A DNA stretch of 63,856 nt, the filler included, from Aduncisulcus paluster (Eukaryota): NCBI GenBank assembly GCA_024181965.1. It is 27 parts of 27 records of this genome, joined end to end, with 100 filler letters (N's around TTAATTAATTAA, not from the genome) between each part and the next. Parts side by side here need not be neighbours in the genome. Positions count along the whole stretch, not along the records: positions 23,248 to 25,208 come from BQXS01000210.1; positions 25,309 to 26,749 come from BQXS01000211.1; positions 26,850 to 28,302 come from BQXS01000212.1; positions 28,403 to 30,028 come from BQXS01000213.1; positions 30,129 to 31,762 come from BQXS01000214.1; positions 31,863 to 33,768 come from BQXS01000216.1; positions 33,869 to 40,661 come from BQXS01000220.1; 20 more parts are not named here. One strand, given 5' to 3'. Below, in pieces: positions 23,894-33,870 of this stretch (positions are counted from its first letter, which is position 1; every line of letters begins with the position of its first letter). Made by a program: the position numbers and the translations under genes. Below the pieces are notes generated by a model, which saw only the letters and a program-made list of their open reading frames with translations, had not been told where the DNA came from and did no database searches.

Positions 23894-23924
23894 TACTTTC
23901 ATCGGGGATTTAAACCCGGTATCG
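23894..23924 (-). promoter_or_regulatory. Putative primer-binding site complementary to the element's own tRNA-like RNA
   Basis: Minus strand CGATACCGGGTTTAAATCCCCGATGAAAGTA versus plus strand 24243-24272 CGACACCGGGTTTCGAACCCGAGGAAAGTA. Confidence 0.7.
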
Positions 23925-23951
23925 GATCAGGGCAATTATTCGTTTGCCTGA

Positions 23952-24218
23952 TGTTTATAACGACGAAATAAAAGATATAACAAAATATAAAATAGATAAT
24001 ACTACTAGTATAATAGTATTATAAAAATCATTAGAAAAATAAAATAAATGTTCGTGAGAGAGATTCACAAGATTGATCTCTTTTGCTCACGCTACAAGCG
24101 CAGACAAATTTATTTAAGAACAAACACACGAACCGAAACTCCTAAAAATAGATCTCTGAGAATAATGAATAAAGTAAAATAAATAATAAAAATATGATAT
24201 AATATAAGGTATATTACA
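23952..24218 (-). mobile_element. LTR (~267 bp)
   Basis: Minus strand TGTAATATA...TTATAAACA, preceded by PPT AAAAGGGGCAGGA (24219-24231). The 3' end TTATAAACA is shared with the LTR at 61298. Confidence 0.8.
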
Positions 24219-24240
24219 TCCTGCCCCTTTTAGAAAAAGA

Positions 24241-24312
24241 AGCGACACCGGGTTTCGAACCCGAGGAAAGTATTTCACAAGACAGATGCTCTACCAATTG
24301 AACCAAAATTGA
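24241..24312 (-). ncRNA. tRNA-derived (Thr-TGT-like) Pol III cassette next to the PPT
   Basis: A box TGGTTCAATTGG, D stem GTTC/GAGC, T arm TCGGG-TTCGAAA-CCCGG and T5 terminator. Acceptor and anticodon stems are unpaired. Confidence 0.75.
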
Positions 24313-24991
24313 ATTAATAATATTTTAAACTAAACATATTTGATAGAAAATTATGGTGTTACCTACCATTGGGTTCCCGACAGTTTTTGGCATGCTTCAT
24401 AAAACTAATAAATTATATAAATTATTTATTTACCCATAATTAGAAACATTTGGAGTAAAATATGACAATGTTAATCAGCAAAATTTGGAATTAAGATCAT
24501 TTCAAAAATCATAACAATTTTTTGTCTCAAGAATATAAATCCTGCTTTGTACACATGATCTATAAAAAAGTCGAATCTTACATTTACAATAAGTTAAGAG
24601 GGAAGTATATTTGGTCGATTTACGGCGATATGATAAAATCAAAGAAAAATTGAAAAAAACTGAAATTTTGAAACTTATGGAAAAAGATGTGGTGACCATC
24701 TTGTTTTCGTGAATCTCTAACATATTATTATTTATTATTTTGTTTTATTAATATTATTTCTATTTTATTATTATTTATATTCTTAATTTATTATATTTAT
24801 TATGTTCCAACTTAGTCAATATTCTATTTTTAGATAATCTTGATTCTTCGTATAACTCAGTAAATTGTCTTCAAGCTTAGATTAAATTCCTTTCGGAAGC
24901 CTACTTGATACCACATTTTGATCAAAATTACTATTATCAGGTAATTTATTGTGTTAATTCCGAAACTGTGAAAATTGTGAACTTTCGATAA

Positions 24992-25208
24992 ATGACGAAA
25001 GTTAAAACCGTGAAAACCGTGAAAAACACTTCGAGTGTTAATACTAAGGGTGATTCTGATGTTGTGATAATCGGAAAACGTGGTAGCCCTAAGAGGAAAT
25101 CTGGTGATAGTGTTTCCTCGACCGTGACTCGTGATAAGTCTGAAATTATGTCTCCAACGATTAAATCTAGTGTTGAAAGTGATAAAACCGTTGAAGATTC
25201 CGTGAGTG
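24992..25208 (+). CDS. Hypothetical low-complexity N-terminus (3' partial), possibly element-derived
   Basis: ATG-initiated frame open to the contig edge. Confidence 0.4.
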
Positions 25209-25308
25209 NNNNNNNNNNNNNNNNNNNNNNNNNNNNNNNNNNNNNNNNNNNNTTAATTAATTAANNNNNNNNNNNNNNNNNNNNNNNNNNNNNNNNNNNN
25301 NNNNNNNN

Positions 25309-26749
25309 AGCCTTAATATCTTCTTGGAATTCCTCCTTTCACCAAAGGATTTTATGGAAAACGTTGCCTTTCCTTCATTTAACAAAGCTGCAATGGTCAT
25401 CATTGTGGCAGCAATATCATGATAAGGTCTCCAATGAACACTTCGATAATGGATCAAATTTTGAACAATTTCATGTGGCATATATTCGTAAGAAATACAT
25501 TCCAATTTATGTTTTGTTTCTCTGTCTCTATGATCAGACAGTTCAAGTGATTCTGACGCCTCATGAGATCCACCAAAGTCAGTCAAGACAACCCTGACCT
25601 GCTTTTCACGTTCGGCAAATAAAAAGTTGTGTGGTTTAATATCTTTGTGACAAAGCTTCCGACACATTTGCACGGTCCTCATACATCGGATCAATTCAAA
25701 GATAACCCTTGCAAGGATGAAGATGGGAAAGCAAGGAAGCCTCTGAGTTGAATCACCAGAAGAGTCCAGCATTTTTGTTGCAAACTTTCTGATCGCTATA
25801 TCGCACTTATCACCCAGATCGTCAATGTGAGGGCATATATCTCGAGCAAATTCACGAAGGGATTCAATGCATGGTTCCATTATGATTCCACACTGTTTAC
25901 GTTTCCCTTCATCCTTCACGAGATATCCAGGCTTGGGAACACAAACATATGGTTTGTCAACCTCTGATATTCCCTTGTCATGTTTACACTCCTTTCTAGC
26001 TCTCGTGGAGACTTGATACAGTAATAACAAGCAGTAGTATTCATTGGAAGCCATTTTTTCGGCATTTTCATAGGAAATTTCACTTGAAGTTTTAAATTTT
26101 TTGAATATAACCATTCTAGAAGAATCCATGCGAATGGGTTTGTGTTTAAATTTATATATTTCACCAAATCCACCACCAATTAGTTTTAGAGATTCAGTTT
26201 CAGCAAAGGCGAAAGGGTTTGATTTGTATTTTCGAATGTCAAGAGTCTCACCTTCAAAAATAATTTGTTGTTCATCTTTTTTTGAGGTTAACACAGGTTT
26301 ATCTTTGCCACATGTCAAATATAGAGATCCATTATCTGAATGTGAACACACATCAAGGACAGAAATAAAATGCATAAATAATGGTAAACATGCAGAATCA
26401 CAACCATCACATTCCAGTCTTGCTTTGAGTGAAGCAAAGTGTTTTGAGAGTGGCTTCAGGGATATCTCCCCATTCAAACATTTCAAAAGTTCAAGGAGGG
26501 AACTTAAACTTCCTGACTCCATTGAAACGCCACGAATAGAAGAAAGGTCCTGTGTTCCAGTGATCATAAAGATATTGTAAACAAAACTAACGATCAGATT
26601 TAAATTCGCATATGTTATCTGCTCCTCTTCATTGCATATGGCTATAATAGCCGTTTTAATGAGTGGAACAAAGCTTGCGGCAATGTTTACCCTTGCAGGA
26701 ATGTCTTTCTCAGAGCTCACAGGTGACAAGTCAAGGTAAGATAACATTG
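25309..26749 (-). CDS. Protein kinase (partial at both ends)
   Basis: IGGGFGEIY, IFKK, CHKDIKPHNFL, TDFG. Confidence 0.88.
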
Positions 26750-26849
26750 NNNNNNNNNNNNNNNNNNNNNNNNNNNNNNNNNNNNNNNNNNNNTTAATTA
26801 ATTAANNNNNNNNNNNNNNNNNNNNNNNNNNNNNNNNNNNNNNNNNNNN

Positions 26850-27281
26850 GGTTTGTTCCTTAGCGTATTGAGAACCAGCAGTTGCGTCCATTTGATAACT
26901 TCTAATGAAAATGTCACCAGCAGTTTGATCCAAGAGAGCAATGTCAGTTGTGCCATCATACATGTGAGTAAAAGCGGAAACACCATCGGATTGAACGAAG
27001 TCAACGTAGTTGGACTTTATCAGATCATCTTGCTTGCACAAATAACCAAAGTCATAAATGGCAACGATACCAGCAAGAATACCAACAAAAATAACAAGCC
27101 AAATGGCGACTTTCAAGATAAATTTGCAGATACAGCAACTACCCCACTCTTCACGACCACATTTGCAACAGCAAATGCATTGGCAACAAGAATTGTGGCA
27201 GCATGCATCATCTTCCTTTTTAACTGGGGTAACAACTTGCTGGGATGGGTACCCAGATTGCATCATCATCATTTGAGACAT
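26850..27281 (-). CDS. Single-pass membrane protein with Cys-cluster N-terminus (3' partial)
   Basis: MSQMMMMQSGYP...CCHNSCCQCICCCKC followed by a TM helix. Confidence 0.7.
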
Positions 27282-28402
27282 AGGGATAATAAAGTAAGGC
27301 AAGAAAAACAAGAAATGTTCTTTTGGGTTTATCCAAAATTAGATTGATCGGAGTTTGACTTCGAGATCGGATTATTTGAGATGGTTTACTAATAATATTT
27401 AATGTACTACTTTTTTTTATTGCCAAAACATTCTTTTCTATTAAAAATATTTCTTCAAATTTGGCCCTCACTGAGGCAGGGTTTGTAAGAATTACCACTT
27501 AGCATTTAAGTGGTAATTTTGGGGAAAACTTTGGCTTTTAGTGGTAAAAAAATTTTATTCAAGTGGTAACACAAGTGGTAAATGATTTTTTAATCAGAAA
27601 ACTCCACAACTGCCGCCGTTCGTCTACGTAGAATCGCCCACCTTCCAGCCTTTTGAATTCTCATAATCTAATTATTTTATATAATAAATGATAGAAATAT
27701 ATTAATAAATGAGCAAATGTCAAAAATAAGTTCTCTAAAATTTATTTTTCTCATGTTTACTAGGTATAACAAAAACTCAGGGAACCGTGAGCAGATTATC
27801 ATCCAGCGATCTGTTCTATTTTTAGGAATTCTAAATATAAATTGAGAGATTACTATTAATAAATATTATTAATCCGAAACTATTTTTAATTTTTTTCTCA
27901 TTTTAACGGAGATGGAATTTTTTTCGATTTTGCCTTACCTGAATATAATTGATGAAATTATTCCGATAATTTATTAATAATACACATTATAAATGATTAA
28001 TTTGCCATTGAATCGATATTATTATATGTGATTGAGTCTCTATTGATGTTCAAAAATCATCACCCCGAAATTATCAGAATATCCTGCTAAAATACCCAGC
28101 CAAGAGTTTTACTCCTGATGAAATGTTGATAACTTAATGTGGAATTGTTGGAAGGTATGAGTAATGAAGAAAGTGATTCTGGGGGTGAAACTATTCTATA
28201 ACTAAGCGTTGAGAGTGTTGATATACAAGAAAAGACTCCCTTTGTGTTGTTATGAGCAATAGCTCCAAAGTAAACAAATTGCAATATGGCTGTTTTGAAT
28301 TCNNNNNNNNNNNNNNNNNNNNNNNNNNNNNNNNNNNNNNNNNNNNTTAATTAATTAANNNNNNNNNNNNNNNNNNNNNNNNNNNNNNNNNNNNNNNNNN
28401 NN

Positions 28403-28780
28403 CCTCCATTCTACACAATGCCAGGAGGTGTTGGAGGCATTCAATATCGTTTCATCGGAATCTACTCTTTCCTCCACTTGAATCCTGCACGTTTTGTGGA
28501 TGTTGTCAGTTCGAATGCTGCCAAAAGATACGGTCTCTTCCCTCGAAAAGGCGCCATATGTGTTGGATCTGATGCCGATATTGTTATCATTGACACTTCC
28601 AAGAGTACAAAGGCTTCTGTTGATAGTGATTTCTTCTATGAGAATGCTGACTATACAGTGTATGAGGGCATGGAATTCAGGGGGAAGGTAGATATCGTCC
28701 TGAGGGGTGGTGAAACTGTCGTAAAAGATGGATATCTAGTTGCTGAGAAAGTTGGAGAATTTCTTAAAATGGAATGCTGA
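28403..28780 (+). CDS. Dihydropyrimidinase / cyclic amidohydrolase C-terminus (5' partial)
   Basis: PGGVGG...SSNAAKRYGLFPRKGAICVGSDADIVIID...DYTVYEG..FRGKV..V..GG. Confidence 0.88.
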   Translation, partial: PPFYTMPGGVGGIQYRFIGIYSFLHLNPARFVDVVSSNAAKRYGLFPRKGAICVGSDADIVIIDTSKSTKASVDSDFFYENADYTVYEGMEFRGKVDIVLRGGETVVKDGYLVAEKVGEFLKMEC

Positions 28781-29053
28781 GAAGAAAGAGAGAAATCTTA
28801 CCAATATTGAATGACACAAGGGTATGTTTGACTTGAACAATGAGCAATTTGTGTGCAGATATGTTCCATGATAATCGAATCATTCCAATTCTCATGGAAC
28901 TCCACGTTGTCACTGTTGATTACATTGACAGAGAATGCATCTTCGATTCGATTTCCCTTGACGATGCCAATTTGTCGCTGTTCTTTTCTCCTTCAGTATT
29001 CTACGATAGGTGCAAACAACGATAGTTTCTTGGCCTCGAATGATGGAGTATAT

Positions 29054-29116
29054 TGTGATTGTGATTGTGATTGTGATTGTGATTGTGATTGTGATTGTGA
29101 TTGTGATTGTGATTGT
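29054..29116. repeat. (TGTGAT)n microsatellite
   Basis: About 10 tandem units. Confidence 0.95.
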
Positions 29117-29399
29117 GTGATTAATTTATGATTAATTAGTTCCATGTTTTTACTTCATGAATGTATGTTTTTATAACAACAACAACAATAATAATACAGA
29201 ATAGAGAACAATTCCAAAACAACGCTCCAAAGTTCAATAATAATGTCTCATCGTGAAGGAGAGTATGCAACTTGTTCAACAATCAACAATCAACAATCAA
29301 CCTTCAAGCTTGAAATGAACTCTTCTCTCAATTGTTCCATTAACTTGATGGCATTAAGAATTAAGAATAAAATCTTACATCAGAATCTTTCCACATCAC

Positions 29400-30028
29400 T
29401 CACTGACTCTGATCCCAACCTTCCTCATGCTCAACACCAGCAACACCACATCTCATTCCTTCAATGGTTCCAACAGAGCCACCATACTTCTTGCGTTGCT
29501 CACGGATAATGGCTTCAATGCTTGGACACTCATAGTCTTCGCCAATCGTGGGAAGGAAAGGTTTGATGCATTGGACTTTCACACGAGCTTCATGCACACT
29601 CATGCGTTTGTCAACATCAAGCAGAGTGAGACCTGTGAATACTTCATTCAACACTTTATGAACAGGTTCGTACTTGCCATCCTCAATGGTCAAAAGGGTT
29701 TTGAAAAGGGGAGAACTGGAGAGTTTAGGGGTCATTCCATTGGATAACAGGAAACAAAGTTTCTTAACAAACTCCATTGTATCATCAATTCCTCTCAGAG
29801 TTGGATGACCAACGAAAGGTGGCAAGCACATGAACAGAGAGAGGATGGACATTCCCAAGGAGTGGGCATCACTGAGTTGTGATTGGAGACCTTCAACCAA
29901 TGCTTCGTACGAATTGAACACAAACGTTCCACACACAACACGACGCTCATCCTTCTTACCTTTCTTTCGGGCCGCATCAGTCGAGACAATCTGTTGGGAA
30001 GACGTTGAAGAGGAGACGGAATCCTGGA
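29400..30028 (-). CDS. Divergent kinase C-lobe (5' partial), same family as 7726 and 48888
   Basis: CGTFVFNSYEAL...SDAHSLG...TIEDGKY...CPSIE. Confidence 0.85.
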
Positions 30029-30128
30029 NNNNNNNNNNNNNNNNNNNNNNNNNNNNNNNNNNNNNNNNNNNNTTAATTAATTAANNNNNNNNNNNNNNNN
30101 NNNNNNNNNNNNNNNNNNNNNNNNNNNN

Positions 30129-31762
30129 TTATCATCAGCCAGGATTCCAATTGGATCTGAAGGACCCAGGTCACACGAAGATGGTCGTGACTGCAGTGCT
30201 CGGACAACGAGTGTCTGTCGGATCAGATCTGGAAGCCAAGATGATGAAGGAGGCGAAAAGCTTCTGCACTGGGACGAAGATGTCCGAGAGAGTGATTGAG
30301 ACTTACCTGGGCCACTGGCATTCACTAAGAATGGTCTATGACCTGGATCACACGGAGAACGATCTCCGACAGAAGGTTCTGGATTTGTTCATACAAGGAG
30401 TCCAAAACCCAAAGATGGCAGAAAATCTGCAGACTGCTGTGAGGGAAGCTCAAAAGGAGCTTCCGGATGACACCGTTCTCCCGTTAGGGAAGGCTATTGA
30501 CCTTCTGAATGATCAGAAGAAGGGTCTGGATAATCTACTGGCGCTAGCTGAGTTGATGAACCCAAGGAAAGGAGTTCAGAGAACCCGTACAAAGGAAAAG
30601 GATAGAGATCAGGATGAGGACGAGCTCGAGAGCGAGCAAGAACTGTCTGGTCTTTCTGAATCGGAGGAAGAACGTCCGAAGAAGCCTCGTCGCGAGTCGA
30701 AGGAAGTGACGTACTGGGGAATCCCACAGAAGAGAGGAAACTTTCCCCCGTGCCCGTATTGCGAGATGACCAATCATCCGCCCACACATTGTATGAAGGC
30801 ATACGGTGGTGATCACCATCCCTTGGGAAGAGGGAGGAAGGTGCCACTCACCAAGGAAGAAATTGATGGCTACATCCTTGAATTCCCCAAAAAGCTGGGA
30901 CGCAAACCGAACCAGGCAATGAGGGAAGCGCTTCTCCATAAGTGGAAGAGAGAAGCGCTGTTCAACGCCGTCCAACCATGGATGAAGAAAGCTGAGCTAA
31001 TACACTCAGGAGTGAAAGCACTAGTCAAGAGGGGGAAAGAGTACTCCCTCAGCTACGTGCAAAGACGTCTGGCGAGGAAGAATGGAGAAACCTTCCAACC
31101 GGAAGACCTGGATACAGGTAAGAGAAGGGCCTCCAGTAGATCAAGGTACGAGACACCAGTCTCTGGGACGGTACCCCAGTGGGGACCAATGGAAGGAATG
31201 GGACAAAGCATGACACATGCACCCACAGGTCCAAGCTCTGTACGAGGATGGATGATGGAGGTCCCACCAGCGGGTCCTACCGGAACACCTCAAGGAGGAC
31301 CTGGGAATGAATGCTTCCACTGCCACCAGTTTGGACATTTCAAGAGAGATTGTCCACTGTTAACGGAGGAGGAAAGGACCAAGCTCCGGGCCAAGCATGC
31401 GGAGCGGGAAGCAGAGCGCAAGAGAAAGCGTAATGCCAGATCTGGACACAAGGCGGGAGCCGCCAAAATCTCTAATAAAGATGAAGAATGTTATCCGGAA
31501 GAATTAATCAAGATGGACTGGGCGCGAGCCCATTCGAAGATAAACATCAGGAACGCTGATGGGAAAACCACTGAAGTGATGGCCCTGCTAGACAGTGGGT
31601 CGAACATCAACTTGTTGTCCAAAGAGGCAGCCGAAAGACATCACCTGCTCCCAGACAGTTGGGAACGAAAGAAATTGGGTCATGAGATCCTGGGTGTGGC
31701 TTCATCATCCCTCAAGGTTGAGGGTGAAGTGGAGCTGGTGGTCTCTATACAGCGGAAGGGAG
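30129..31762 (+). mobile_element. Ty3/Gypsy gag-protease polyprotein (partial)
   Basis: Zinc knuckles CPYCEMTNHPPTHC and CFHCHQFGHFKRDC, with aspartic protease ALLDSGS in the same frame. Confidence 0.9.
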
Positions 31763-32091
31763 NNNNNNNNNNNNNNNNNNNNNNNNNNNNNNNNNNNNNN
31801 NNNNNNTTAATTAATTAANNNNNNNNNNNNNNNNNNNNNNNNNNNNNNNNNNNNNNNNNNNNCTCCTTTTTGGAGTCATATGGAACACTATCATAACATT
31901 AGACATCCATAAAGAGTGATATAATACGAGAACTTTCCAACAATAGTCTCCAAAATGATCGGTAAAACATCATAAAACATGCATAATATGGAAAGAAGAT
32001 ACGTTATGTAAGGCACAGAATGTCCAAAAGATGTGTAATACAATATAAGATACAATTAACTGAAACATAACATGAACATAAAAAAACAAAA

Positions 32092-32173
32092 AGCTTACAG
32101 TACCTTACTTTCCCGAGTCGTCACCGACCTCAGTACTGATAAGGCCCGCGCTTGCTTAACTTGTCGATTCGAA
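32092..32173 (-). pseudogene. 5S rRNA, 5'-truncated copy
   Basis: Minus strand AAGTTAAGCAAGCGCGGGCCTTATCAGTACTGAGGTCGGTGACGACTCGGGAAAGTAAGGTACTGTAAGC followed by TTTTT matches the 3' two-thirds of eukaryotic 5S. The 5' ~40 nt are absent. Confidence 0.85.
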
Positions 32174-32183
32174 TAGTCCAGAA

Positions 32184-32190
<7 letters not shown>

Positions 32191-32265
<75 letters not shown>
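32191..32265 (+). repeat. Poly(A) tract, 75 nt
   Basis: Seen directly in the sequence. Confidence 0.95.
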
Positions 32266-32268
<3 letters not shown>

Positions 32269-32888
32269 ACTATGTCATCGGAATCGACTTGTTATATTAC
32301 AATGATGGTGGATGTGAGATAACAGTTTTGGTGGTTAGTATTCTTGATAACTCAATTCCTCAAAAATTATAATGGCTTATATATATATTGAGCGCTGAGA
32401 ATAAATCAGAAACAATCATAAAAGTCAGATATCAGTTATCAAAAATGACCAAAAACAACAGTGGAGATCAAGCAAATCATCGACTTCACTCAAACCATGA
32501 TAACCATGGCATGATCGTTCACTGGACACTCAGGAAAAAAGATAAATCGGAATCAATAAAAAGATTAGTATCATAGGGAATATTACCTTATAGTATGTGC
32601 AAAAGTATATTATTCTTGTGAGAGGTACATTGAATCACTGATTTCAAGATGAGAAATCACAATATGTAGAGAAACAGAGAAAATTAAAAATAAAATGAAC
32701 AACCGAAGGAAATAAGAAGCAAACCCAAAGGATACCGAAGAATTACACCGAGATAAACTTGAATTGAAATCATAACACATGGATTTGTCATATTAAGGTG
32801 AGCACATTAGTTTCTGAATAAAAGGAAACGAAGAATAATTTCAAAAACAATAAGTGTTAGAATTAAACTTTCTAGACATTAAACGTTT

Positions 32889-33458
32889 TTATGGTCCATC
32901 AACGGTTTTCTGGGTGGCAGTAACAGCGTGAACAGTGGTGAGGATACCAGACTCGAGGCCAAATGAATCGTGGAGAACCTTCACAACACCAGCAGTAGCA
33001 TTGGTGGTGCAAGAAGCGTTGGAGATAACGTCCTGATCAGCACGAAGAGTTTCATGATTTACACCATAAACGAACATTGGGGCATCGGGGGAAGGAGCAG
33101 AGATGAGAACCTTCTTGACAGATCCACCAAGATGTTTCTTGGCAAGGTCAGTTTTGGTGAAGATACCAGTGCATTCAATAACAATTTCAGCACCACAACC
33201 AGCCCAGTCAATATCTGAAGGGTCACGCTCAGAGAAGACACGCATAGATCTGCCATTAACAATGAGAGAATTCTCAGTGTGAGTCACTTCACCAGGGAAA
33301 GCACCTTGAGCAGAATCATACTTGAGTTGGTAAACCATGTACTCAGGGGGAATGAAGGGGTCGTTAAGAGCGACAACTTCAATAGTCTCATCCTTGACAG
33401 CAGATCTGAGAGTCATACGGCCGATACGACCAAATCCGTTAATTCCTATCTTAACCAT
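32889..33458 (-). pseudogene. GAPDH: Glyceraldehyde-3-phosphate dehydrogenase, truncated at residue 189
   Basis: KIGINGFGRIGR, ASCTTN, TTVHAVTATQKTVDGP, then TAA and AT-rich non-coding DNA. Confidence 0.85.
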
Positions 33459-33870
33459 AATAAAATGTGTATTTCTCCGAAAGAACGAAAGAAAATGGAG
33501 AAGATCATCAATTCATCGAGGTCCAAAAATAGCCATTTTTGATTTCGTTCATAACCTTCTGAAAAATCAAGCAAGCACAATTATATCCATGATTATATCG
33601 AAGTCGTTACCCAAAAAATTTAAAAATTACAGACATTTAACGCGATGAATTGGAGTAATTGTTGACAAAAACAATTTGATTTCAGCAAATTCCGAATATG
33701 AACATACACGTTGATTATAATTCAGAAATTACAGAAAAGCTACACTAATTTTATTTGGAATAAAATATNNNNNNNNNNNNNNNNNNNNNNNNNNNNNNNN
33801 NNNNNNNNNNNNTTAATTAATTAANNNNNNNNNNNNNNNNNNNNNNNNNNNNNNNNNNNNNNNNNNNNTC

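Noticed and set aside
23880-23950. Hammerhead ribozyme in the leader (CTGAT...GAAA)
   Set aside because: The CUGANGA core is incomplete and is not conserved in the related leader at 61400.
24241-24312. Functional translational tRNA (also 6257-6329)
   Set aside because: The acceptor stems cannot pair, so these are treated as derived cassettes.
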